The notes under the pieces are model-generated. The model saw only the letters and a list, made by a program, of their open reading frames with translations, was not told the DNA's origin and searched no databases. From Hyaloraphidium curvatum SAG 235-1 (Eukaryota > Fungi > Monoblepharomycota): a stretch of DNA of 64,000 bases. A program made the position numbers and the translations under genes. The stretch spans positions 744,001 to 808,000 of the forward strand of contig JAIVFI010000010.1 of NCBI GenBank assembly GCA_025558095.1. Reading direction: 5' to 3'. Of this stretch, positions 31,539-41,867 are shown one piece after another. The stretch's first letter is position 1; every line of letters starts with the position of its first letter.

Positions 31539-34230
31539 ATGGCGCCGTCGGCGGGCGTGCCGGGCTTTCCGGCGCCCACGCTCAACTCGAACGACATCTA
31601 CGCCTGGGGCTTCCCCATCGGCGGCTTCATCGTCGGCTTCACCTTCATCTCGCTGGTGATCAAGGAGAAGCTGTTCGTGTCGGACGCCATGGTCGCCACC
31701 CTCTTCGGCGTCATCCTCGGCCCTTTTGTTTCCAACTACTTCGACCCTTTTCATATCCAGCCCGAGGGCACCTACCTCATCATCATGTACCTCTACTCGG
31801 AGATGCTTCTCGTCGTGCAGATCATCGCCGCCGCCATCTCTTTGGACCGAGAGTTCTGGAACTTCCACTGGCGCTCCTTCGCCATCCTTCTCGGCCCCGT
31901 CACTTTCGGCATGTTCGTCGTCACCACCCTCCTCGTCTGGGGAATCTGCGGTCTGCCCTTCCTGGACTCCATGATCGTCGGCGCGGCATGCAGCCCCACG
32001 GACCCGGTGCTCGCCAACTCGATCGTCAAGGGCCGGTTCGCGGACCTGCACGTGAGCCCGACCGTGCGCGACCTGCTTTCGGCCGAGAGCGCGGCCAACG
32101 ACGGCATGGGCTACCCGTTCCTCCTCCTCGGCGTGTACCTGATCCGGTACTACTACGCCCCCACCACGAACTACTCGGAGCCCTACCCCACCAGGGGCGC
32201 GCCGGGCAACGAGACCTCGGTCGGCAACTTCGTCACCCCCCCGAACGCGCACTCGCCGGGCAACTACGAATCCGCCGGCCAGGCCGTGCTGGCGTGGTTC
32301 CTCGAGGTGATCCTGTACCAGATCTGCTGCGCCGCCATACTCGGCTTCATTTTGGGGTGGGCGGCGCGCAAGACGCTGCGGTTCACGGAAAGCAGGGGGT
32401 GGATCGACAAGGAGACCATGCTGGGGTTCGCCATTGCCCTGGCGCTGTTCATCCTGGGGCTGGGGAACGTACTCAACATGTCGGCCTTCATCCTGGCCGT
32501 CGTGGCGGGGGTCGTGTTCTCGTGGGACAAGTGGGTTGGGCGTTGCGCGCTCGTCTGTTTTGGCTGACCGACGTCGCACCGCATTCTCTTTACCCACAGC
32601 TTCTTCTACCACCAGGTCCAGGAATCGCACATCCAGGAGGTCATCGACATGCTCCTCACCGCCGTTTTCTTCATCTTTTTCGGCACCTGCATCCCGTGGT
32701 CCATGATGAACACCCCTGAGCTGCCGATATGGAAGCTGTTCCTGCTATCGCTTGCCGTGCTCGCCGTTAGGAGGCTGCCGGTCGTGGTGGCGCTGTACCC
32801 GACGCTGCGGAGCCTGATCAACCACAAGGAGGCGTACTTTGTAGGCTACTTTGGGCCGATCGGGGTGGCCGCCATCTGGTGGGTCGCGAGCCGCGCTCCG
32901 CTCCGCCGATAGGCCGCTCAACTCGCGCGCTCGTCGCAGGTACATGACGCTCGTCCGCGAGACCTGCCCCGAATCCTCCCCCCTCATTGTCCCCATCTGC
33001 TTCTGGATGGTCCTCACCTCGATCGTCGGCCACGGCCTCTCGGTTCCCTTCGTGCACCTCTCCATCCTCACCTACTCCCGCTCCCGCGACCCCGCTCTGC
33101 GCGGGCCGCGCGGACCCAGAGGCTGGCGCGGAGGGAGGGAGGGGCTGGTCATCGGGGCGCCGGTGTTCAACGGTCCCGTGCCGACCTTTTCGCGGCGGCA
33201 CAGCGCCGACATGGGCAGGAGGGGGAGCATGGACGCCGCGAGCGAGGTGCGCAAGAGTGGGGAGGGGGCCAACGGGAGCCCGGACACGTTCGTGGAGGAC
33301 GACGATACGGCGCGGTCGGCGCGGTCGGGGGCCAACTCGAACCGGTTCGAGGTCTACGGCGGGCGTATCTCCGTGGATTCACGGCGGAGTGGCGACCTCT
33401 CGGACCCCGGCGACGCCGACCTGGCCGACGCCGAGCTCGGCATGGGCATCCCCATCGGCCCCTCGCTCTCCCTGGGATCGGGGCTGCCGCTGGAGCGGCA
33501 GAACACGGTCAAGTTCGTCGACTCGATCCGCCCCTCCGCCCCCGCCGTACCGGGCGGCATCCTGGTCTTTTCCCCGGCAGAGGAAGCTCCCAACTCGCAG
33601 CTCTCGTTCCGCATCTCGCGCCCGCGCTCCGCGAGCGTCGGTTCGGCGTCGGAGGAGATTGTGCCGCCGACGGTGCTCGGCGCGGGGATTCCGTACCAGC
33701 GGTACCACTCCCGCGCCATCTCGTTCGACATCCCCCTCGAAGGCGACTCCCGCGGCGCCACGGGCGGGAGGAGGGGCTCCCGTGCGCCGAGCGGGGTGTC
33801 GGCGGACTACGCTTCGGACGATGAGCCGACCCCGGCGGGGACGAGCGTGGCGCGCAACCCGCGGTTCGCGCGGTCGCTTTCGGTCGGCGGGGAGGCGATG
33901 CAGGAGAAGGGCTTGTCGTCGGGCTGGATCAAACCGTTCTGGAAGGACTGGAGCTGGGGGCGCAAGGGGTCAAACGCCACGGGGGGTTCGGATCCGCAGG
34001 CAGGGCAGCAGCCCGATCGACGATCTTCCAACTACAGCACCTCGCCGGGGGCGCTGCAGGTCTACGGCGGGGGAGAGCGGAGGGATTCAACATCGATGCT
34101 GCCGGCCGTGGCGGACCCGGTGATCGGGTCCTCGGGGACGCCGCCGCCGCAGCCGGTGCCGTCGCCGTCGATCCTGGTGCCTCCGAGGACGTCGGATACG
34201 CCGGTTTTGGGGAGCGGGAACTCGACGTGA
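31539..34230 (+). CDS. NHA1: Fungal Na+(K+)/H+ antiporter (CPA1, Nha1/Sod2-like) with long cytosolic tail, 2 introns
   Basis: SLVIKEKLFVS, ACSPTDPVLANSIV, SAESAANDGMGYPF, RRLP, GYFGPIGV, SIVGHGLSVP. Confidence 0.9.
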
Positions 34231-34993
34231 GCCTTAGGGTGGGGGCCGTTGGCTGGGTCGGGGGCGCGGAACGTAGGGGGCGTCGGTCGCCGGGCCAGGG
34301 CCGCGGTCGCGCACCGCACGTTCCTGTGTCTTTGGAATACCACGGACATCATTTCATTCTAGAAGCCGCGGCGATCCGTCCGTTCCTGCTTTGGATGCGC
34401 AGAGGGATCCGGGGGACAGCGGTGACGAGATTGCTCCCGCTACGTCCCCGCATTCCATCGATCTGGTTACATCCTAACACCCAGTGAGTAATGGAAGTAC
34501 TGTGGTGCCGCTCCGTTTGTTTCGCGCCGCATTAAGCAGTACAGTATCCAAGGGGGACGGCCGCAGTTCGTCGTTTTGGCGTTTGATGCTTCGCTGGCGG
34601 TCCCCCTTCCATCACACCGCCAGGTCACAGCGGTCTTCGACACAATGAGCGCTCCGCAGGTACGCTGTGGATTGTTCGACCTTCCCATCGGCGTAGCAAC
34701 GGACTGACTATGCCCTCGGCACCCGTTCCTGCTTTCTGCAGCCCGCTGATGGCGACGGGTCCCCGCAGTCCGCCGATTCGTGCGGGCGCCTGCGCAGCAA
34801 GACGACGCCCAAAGCAAGGTCTAATGGCAAGACCCCGACAGGCTCGGGATCCTCCCAGGGCGGCCACTACCCTTTCATTGCCGCGGAGCAGGCCCACCAC
34901 GCGGCCGCCCGTGCGACTGTTCCGGTGGTCGAAGTGCAAAGCGGAGGAGCTGTACAAGAGGCCGCTGCTCCCGGGAGGCCCGGTCAGCCCGCA

Positions 34994-35333
34994 ATGAACC
35001 CACCGCCGCCGCCGCCGCCCAACCCCCCGGCCGACGAGATCCACGAGGAACCACTCCCTCCCTACGCTCCTCCGGCAGCTCCTCTCCCCGGAGTCGAAGC
35101 TCCTGTTTCTCAAGCCCAAGTGAGCTCCGGTTTCCTTCGTCCCATTTTAGAGCTCGTGCTAATGCCGGAACCATCGACAGGTCGCAGCCCTCACGCAGGA
35201 GATGCGCAACCTCACGCGGGTGGTGGAGAGGGTCGACCAGGGTGTTGGCGAGGTTAGGCAGGAGATGAAGCAGGACATGGCGAGCCTCAAGGCGAGGGTG
35301 GAAAGGCTGGAGAGGGAGAGGCAGCAGGGCTGA
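34994..35333 (+). CDS. Small Pro-rich PPxY plus coiled-coil protein, 1 intron
   Basis: MNPPPPPPPNPPADEIHEEPLPPY, intron 35120-35180, then heptads VAALTQEMRNLTRVVERVDQGVGEVRQEMKQDMASLKARVERLE. Confidence 0.7.
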
Positions 35334-35713
35334 GCATGTAGCAGGCTTCCATAGCTGGCATCATCACCGTCACCATCGATCGGAAGAGCACTAGCAATCT
35401 GAATTCACCGCAGTCGCAAATCGGATCGCTCCGCAAGCAGGTGCATCCTGAACCCGACGGGAACCCATGGCCACGGTCGCCCTGCTGTGCTGTCGGTTCC
35501 CGCACCGAATCCTGGATCCCGGCGTCGTTCCGCGTGTTCCCATGCTGGCGCCGCTGGCATCACGCTGCTACGGCTGCTGAGCTCGGTTTTCGAGGCAACC
35601 TCCTCGGGATCCAAAGCCTCGTTGCGGAGCGAAGGCTGTGCGGCACAGCACCCTGCCCATAATCCCGTCCCCCCTGCATTGCAGCATTCCGGGTTTCGGG
35701 CTCACGCTGCAAA

Positions 35714-36562
35714 ATGTTGCCGCTGAATGCTCTTGTTGGCCTCCTTCTAGTCTCCATGGCCCCGTGGCCTGCCTCCGCGCAGTCGCTCCAAATCCCGACC
35801 CCCATGCCGCGCGGGAACTTCGTCCTCCAGACCACCGCCGCGAACGACTGGTGGTGAGCTCCTCCGCCTCGTCCTCGAGCCTCTCTGCCGATGCCGACGC
35901 TCCGCTTTCCCGCTGCAGCAAGGCCTTCGTCATCTCCCTGCCCGCCAACGACACCACACGCCTCGAGCTCACCGTCCAAGGCGGATACGCCCTCGCCCGC
36001 GTCACGGAACCCGGCATTGCTTACCCCTCTTCCCACGCATTCGGTCCCGTGCCGTGCCTGCGCCCGGATTCGGGGGGGAAGAAGGCGGTCGGAAGCAACG
36101 TGCCGGTCAACCCAGTCAACGGGTCGGGGGCGCTGAGCCTGGGTGCGGATCCGTTCCCGGGGAACTGCTATACCGAAGACGCAGCGGTGTTAGTGTTTCT
36201 CAGGTGCGCTTGCGGGGCGAAACGGTGGAGAGAAGAGCGACTGATGCGATTTTCGCAGCACGTACTGGACGGGGGAGACCTTCATCAACGGGACCGAGGT
36301 TCCGGACGCCAACTTCCAGCGGGGGTTGCCGCGCAATATCACGTTCGTGCTGGAGCCGAGCAGGGTGGCGAACGTCGCCCCGCAGCCGTGCTTGCCGGTG
36401 GTGCGGGCCACGGCGACCACGACATCGAGCGCGACCGCGTCAACGAGGAGCGCGACGACGAGCTCGACGAGCTCCTCCAGGAGCGGGGCATGTGGGGGGA
36501 GGAAAGCGAAGGAGTGGATGGTGGCAGCTGGCGCGGCGCTGGCTGCCGCTGCAGGTCTCTGA
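35714..36562 (+). CDS. Secreted, probably GPI-anchored Ser/Thr-tailed protein, 2 introns
   Basis: Signal peptide MLPLNALVGLLLVSMA, introns near 35854-35917 and 36204-36258, S/T-rich stalk and hydrophobic C-terminus WMVAAGAALAAAAGL. Confidence 0.65.
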
Positions 36563-36638
36563 TCTGGTTCTCGATTGGCGGCAATTGCACAGTTTACATT
36601 TCGTACGTTTACATAGCTCGAGCCTCACAGTATAGCAA

Positions 36639-37445
36639 TCACAGCTTCGCAGGAGGTGGAGCCAGCCAGCCGGATCGCTTTGGTCTCGGCTCCTCCGGCG
36701 CCGCCGGGCGCTGCTGCCTGTCTTCCGCTCCTTCGCCGGCTTTCACTGCTTTCCCCCCTCCCTTCTTTTCGAGCTTTCGCGCCGGCATGCCCACCCACGT
36801 CAGCCCCGGCTCGACGATGTCCTTGTGCAGCACCGCGCCCATCCCCGTCCTGGTCCCCGCCGCGATGCTGATGTGGTCCCTCACGATGGTGCCCAGCCCC
36901 AGCACGCAGTCGCTCCCCACTCTGATCGATCCCCCCATCGATACCTTGCCGTTGAGCTGCGCGTAATCCTCCAGCACCGTGTCGTGGCCGACGCTCGTCC
37001 CGCCGCCGATCCGGCAAAAGTCCCCCACGCGGACGGCGTTCCCGATGCGGCTGAAGAAGCCGATGAATACGCCGCGGCCGATGGTGGCGCTGCGCGCGAC
37101 GGCGGCCAGCGGGCTGATGGCGGGGGGAAAGCGGAGCGTCCAGGGAGAGAGCTCGCGCTCGACCTCGGGGACGAGCTTGTGCAGCACGTCCGGCTCGCCG
37201 TGGCACACGAAGACGTCGACAACGGCAGCCGGCGGGTCGAGCTCTCTGAGGAATTCGCGGACGCCCTCGGCCGAGCGGATGTGGGCGAAGCCAACGAGCG
37301 ACGGGTGTATCGCCGGCCCGTCGTCCCAGCACACGGCGCGGCCCGAGGCCACCTCGGCGGGGTATTCGTCCTGCGCAATTTCCCACAGCGTGCCGGCATG
37401 CCCGCCGCCGCAGCGGAGCAGCACGGCGCGGGGACGAGCCGCCAT
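36639..37445 (-). CDS. Hexapeptide-repeat sugar O/N-acetyltransferase (NeuD/PglD-like)
   Basis: N-terminal GGGHA...WDD domain, left-handed beta-helix repeats (ATIGRGVFIG, VRVGDFCRIG, SVGHDTVLED) and WVGMPAR. Intronless. Confidence 0.8.
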   Translation of the reverse strand: MAARPRAVLLRCGGGHAGTLWEIAQDEYPAEVASGRAVCWDDGPAIHPSLVGFAHIRSAEGVREFLRELDPPAAVVDVFVCHGEPDVLHKLVPEVERELSPWTLRFPPAISPLAAVARSATIGRGVFIGFFSRIGNAVRVGDFCRIGGGTSVGHDTVLEDYAQLNGKVSMGGSIRVGSDCVLGLGTIVRDHISIAAGTRTGMGAVLHKDIVEPGLTWVGMPARKLEKKGGGKAVKAGEGAEDRQQRPAAPEEPRPKRSGWLAPPPAKL

Positions 37446-37565
37446 TGTCGGAAAACGGCCATTCAAAGGGATCGCGACGTTGCCCGAACCACTGAACGGA
37501 ACCACTGAACCTTCCCGCCGTCGGTCCGTGCGGCCACGCGAATCTCCGCCTACTGCCGGCCCGCG

Positions 37566-37886
37566 ATGACCGTCGTCCGCATCTCGAAGGGGCGGTATCC
37601 CCCGGCGCTCCATGCCAAGGTCTCCGCCGCCCTTCAGGCGTCGGGCGACATCCTCATCCCCGCGATCAAAAAGCTCCCCGGATGCCTCTCCTACTACGCC
37701 GGCGCCGACGAGGCCAGCGGTACGATGATTAATGCCTCGGTGTGGGACACGGAGGAGCACGCAAAGGCCATGGCGGGGCTCAAGGAGATGGCGCAGCAGG
37801 CGGGCGAGTTTGTCTCCCTCGGCGTCGAGTTCGAGAGGCCGATCGTGAACTACGGCGTCATGTGGGATTTGGACGGGCAGAAGTAG
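37566..37886 (+). CDS. Small dimeric alpha+beta barrel (ABM-like) protein, bacterial type
   Basis: 106 aa; LIPAIKKLPGCLSYYAG...NASVWDTEEHAKAM. Intronless. Confidence 0.7.
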   Translation: MTVVRISKGRYPPALHAKVSAALQASGDILIPAIKKLPGCLSYYAGADEASGTMINASVWDTEEHAKAMAGLKEMAQQAGEFVSLGVEFERPIVNYGVMWDLDGQK

Positions 37887-38519
37887 GCGGTGCGGTGGCG
37901 GGGCGGAGGATGTTGCAGGGCGGCGGGTTGGACGGGCTGGCGTCTCCCGCGTCTCCCGCGCCTCCAGTGCCTCCCGCGGCGCAGTTCGACGCGTTCTATG
38001 ACATGTGGATGAACAGTTTGACGCGAATCATGGACGGAAATTACTTTGGATGGCGCGAAATATACCGTCTTGGACTGGGTGCCGTCTTCGCTTCGATTCG
38101 GGCCTGAACCTGAAGGGAGACTTCCACTTTCAGATATGTCCTCTGCAGCGCAACCGTCCTCCGTCCTTGGCATTGTAGCAATAGGCCCCCGATTGCGCCA
38201 CCGTTGGTCGACGGGAGCTAAATGTTCGAGAGCGTTGGTCGGGCCGGGGCAAGAGCGGACCGGAGATCCAAACACGCTAGCTCCCTGGCCCCACGGATTT
38301 CGCATGGAACTCCCCGACGCGCTCGGAACTACTTTACTTCGAATGAGCGGATTGCGAACCTGCACCTGCGGGACGCAGCCCGTCCGGGGCGTGCGGGGAT
38401 CCCTCGCGGATCCCTACGGGTGGCGCGTTGGGACGCACGTCCGTCCCGATTCCCTCACGGCCGCGCCGGTTTTCACTTCCCCCTGCTCCACGCCGCACCT
38501 CCTCCGGTGCCACTCGCCG

Positions 38520-39448
38520 ATGAGGACACCTACCGTTGCCGCCCTCGCCCTCGCGGCCGCCGCGCTGCTCGCCCTCCCCGACGACGCGGCGGCGCAGTGG
38601 TTCATCCACGCCCGCCTGGATTTCCTCGGCACTTCGACGTGCCCCTCGAGTACGTCCACCTCCGCGCCCCGCATCGGATCGCCGCCTGACCCGACCCGCC
38701 CCCTCCGCGCAGCGCTGGCCGGCTTCCGCCCCCTCGGCGCCTTCTTCAGCTTCAAGTACGCCCACGTCCGCGACGGCCCGCCCGACGCATGCGATTCCTC
38801 GTCCGCCCCGTCGCTTTCGCAGGCAAAGTGCGAGAGCGACGGGGAGGATGCGGTGGTGGAGTGGTGCGCCCTTGTCTCGGCGATCCAGGTGGACGGGATG
38901 GTGGGGTGGGGTTTTCCCAGCAGGCCTGCATCGGCCCGTGGGTGGATCGCAGCGCGCCGGTCCCGCATCCGGGCTAACCGACCCGCCCCGCCGCAAGCCA
39001 ACCTGCTCGTGCGGAGCACCTACAGGTACCCCAACATCCAACCCGCCCCCGAGCTCCGCCGCGGCTGCGCCGCCTTCGGCACCCCCATGACCCCCGTCGT
39101 GCCCTCCTCGAGGACCCTGGATTGCGGGGAGTGACCCGAGGGGACGGGGAGGGCGGAGTGCTTGGACGTGGTGGATGAGGAGGATGTGGATGCGTCGGTG
39201 TCGCTGGATGCGTGCGGCGCGTTGGGTGGGTTGCCGGAAGCGGCGCGTGTGCGCGGCGGGAGGGGCTGATGTTTGCCAGGCGCAGGGACCCATCCGCGGC
39301 TGGTTCGGGCGGCCAAGCGGACGACGACGAAGCGCAGGGCCACGTCGTCGAGGAAAAAGACGACTTCGGCGAGGAAGAAGACCACGTCTGCGAAGAAGAA
39401 GACGACGAAGAAGGGCGCAAACCGACGACAACACCGAGCAAGGCGTGA
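38520..39448 (+). pseudogene. Secreted Cys-containing protein with Lys/Thr-rich tail, apparently disrupted (in-frame TGA at 39132)
   Basis: Signal peptide and intron 38650-38712. Coding-like sequence continues in frame after the TGA. Tail TTSARKKTTSAKKKTT with a probable 1-nt shift near 39415. Confidence 0.45.
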
Positions 39449-39843
39449 TCGGGACGGACGTCGCGCCAGGGGCCGATGGCAGTGTTCACCGCCCGAATCG
39501 CATCTGCAGCTTGGGATGGAACTTTTGAGCAGCTTCCGAGGGACGACCAGTGCGGACACGAGTTGCCCGGCGGGATTCGGAGCGTTCGTTTGATGCCCGT
39601 CCCCACTGCTTTCCATGTCCCCCTCCCTCGGGCGAAGCTGCCGCGATCCCCCCCTGCCCCGATCCCCATCCAAGGGATCGGAAAAGGGAAAATCCGTCCC
39701 AACGACTGGAAAGGCCCGAATGTCCTCCACAACGACGGCCACGCGGGAGGGGTGCGCGGCTTCTGGTCCTGCGCGGCGGCGAAGAAGCCGCGGCGACCGC
39801 CAGCTCGCCCGACGAGTCACGCACAGCACCTTCTCTCGACACC

Positions 39844-40574
39844 ATGGAGCCGCCCAAAGAGCCGCCGCAGCCGATGCCGCAGGTTCCCGCGAAGCAAGTC
39901 TCTGTCGAGGGTGGGATCACCGTCATCCCCGCCGAGGACTCCGGCTCGGAGGGGTCGGGGGACGACGACCCGCCGCGGGACGGAGTGCTGCCGGTCCCCG
40001 TGGTCACGGCACCGGGAAACGCCGGCGGCGGAAACCAAGGAAACCAAGGCGAGCCTTGATCTCGCCTTTGTGGCCGAGCTGCCTCGTCCCCGACAGCAGT
40101 TCCGTTCAGCCGCAGGAGGAGGTTCGCCCGCACGAAGATTCGTTGCCGCCAGACGCGAACCATGCACTTCTCGCCCCTAACACCGCGTTGGCGTGCTCCA
40201 ACAGGGAGCGGGTGGGGCCGGCCGCGGCATCCATCGGCACGGCACGGGCGCTGACGTGTCCCCTGCCTGATTCTGAGTCTTGAAACCTCCCTCCCGCTCA
40301 TCCTTCAACGTCTCAGCGTCGTCGAGACCTACGGACCCCGGATCGAACGCCTCGAGAACGAGTTCCACGCATTCAGGACCAGCCAGGAGACAGCAGTGGA
40401 GGAGGTGGGATGCGCCAGTCGCGACCGGCGGGGCTCTCGCTGATTGTCTTCCTCCGACAGATCAGGGTCAGATTGGGTCGCCTGGAAGGCAGGATGGACG
40501 CCGTGGAAGGAAAGCTGGACGCCGTGGAAAGAAAGCTGGACGAGGTGCTGGAGCTTTTGAAGGCGTCGCGCTGA
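39844..40574 (+). CDS. Small Pro/acidic protein ending in a heptad coiled coil (middle exons uncertain)
   Basis: MEPPKEPPQP... start; RLENEFHAFRTSQETAVEE, intron 40404-40460, then IRVRLGRLEGRMDAVEGKLDAVERKLDEVLELLK. Confidence 0.5.
40495..40546 (+). repeat. 21-bp tandem repeat (~2.5 copies) encoding coiled-coil heptads
   Basis: TGGACGCCGTGGAAGGAAAGC / TGGACGCCGTGGAAAGAAAGC / TGGACGAGGT. Confidence 0.8.
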
Positions 40575-41867
40575 ATCTGAATAGATCATGACCGCATTCT
40601 TTGGAGCCGTCGGTGCCGCGCGAAGTCCACTCGGCTCGGCGCAAGTTGACTTGCGTGAGTGAGGCTATTCCTAATGTATACCCGGCACCAAACTTCGCTG
40701 AGAGAAAATGCCTGTTGGATAAATAAATGCTGAGCGGCAATATTGGTGGTGCTCATTGGCTGCTCCGGTGCGCGGTCCGTCGCGATGTAGCCTGCTTCCG
40801 CGGGGGCGTCCGGCCGTTTCGCCGCCGGGGAGGATGGAAGTTCGTGGACGGCAATTCTCTCCGCCGTTCCAAAGCCGTGCACCGCGCGAATCCTCGTTGG
40901 AGACGGATCAATAGGCATTGCTGCAGACCCCGAAACGGGAGGTAGTAGAATGTGCAGGGAGTTGCTGATGCGGCGGGGCGATGCGAGCAAGTCGCGCGGG
41001 CGACATTTGCTTCGGGAGACAACTCGGGGCATTCCGCTTGGCTGGGGTCAGATGTGCTCCGAATCGACCGAATGGGTGAATCTAGATCGAACGGGATGCA
41101 ATTCGCACAACTACAGTAGTCCGCGTGCGTGGGGAGCAACGGAGTCGTCGACCCCCTGCAACGTCACATGTCCAGTCCCTGACTCGGTCCGCATCGAAAC
41201 CATCGAGCGGAACCCGTCATGCAGTGCTTTGGGACGCTCATCAGGCGTTCTGATGAACGGGAGAGTAACTCCATCATTCGATTAGGATCAGGCAGTGAGA
41301 CACTGGTAACAGGTCAAGTCAACGCGCCACTTCTTCCACAGCGAGCAAACCGCGGAATGAAGTCATTCTCCTTCCGATCGAGCAATTAGGTGGATCTATT
41401 GCAATATGTCGGAATTCGCAGCCGCTGCGTCCAACGATGCGTGGGGAAAACCTGGACCTGTCGGAACAGAAGTAGTCGGCCACGCATCAAGCTACCGCGA
41501 CCACCAACCAGTCACGGCAACGACAGATCAATCCATCATCGATCTCCTTCCTTCTTTTCAAAGACTACGACGGGCGCGCGCGCGCGCCGCGCAGCCCAAT
41601 CACTAGTGCGTCCGACGCGGAGTCCGAGCCGCCGCCGGCCCCGGCCCGGTTCTCCCCTACCCCGCAGGCAAACGAATCCCGCGGGATTCCTCTCCATCCT
41701 CGCTCGTCGATGAAAAATCATGCGCGCCCGATGGCCTTCCGAGCTGCAGCATTTCCCCCAGTCCGCCGGGCGTGCGCCGCTACGCCGACTTTGCTGCGGC
41801 GGGGACCAAGCCCCGCGCACGCGGTCCCTTCCGCCCGACGGCCGTCCCCCGGCCGGGCCTCGGGGCG

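Noticed and set aside
41238-41260. CTGATGA on both strands suggesting a hammerhead ribozyme
   Set aside because: It is only a short TCATCAG-N5-CTGATGA hairpin; no GAAA core follows stem II on either strand.
40600-41700. Lower-GC intergenic stretch as an ncRNA or transposon
   Set aside because: No tRNA/snRNA motifs, terminal repeats or coding similarity were recognisable; treated as promoter/intergenic DNA.
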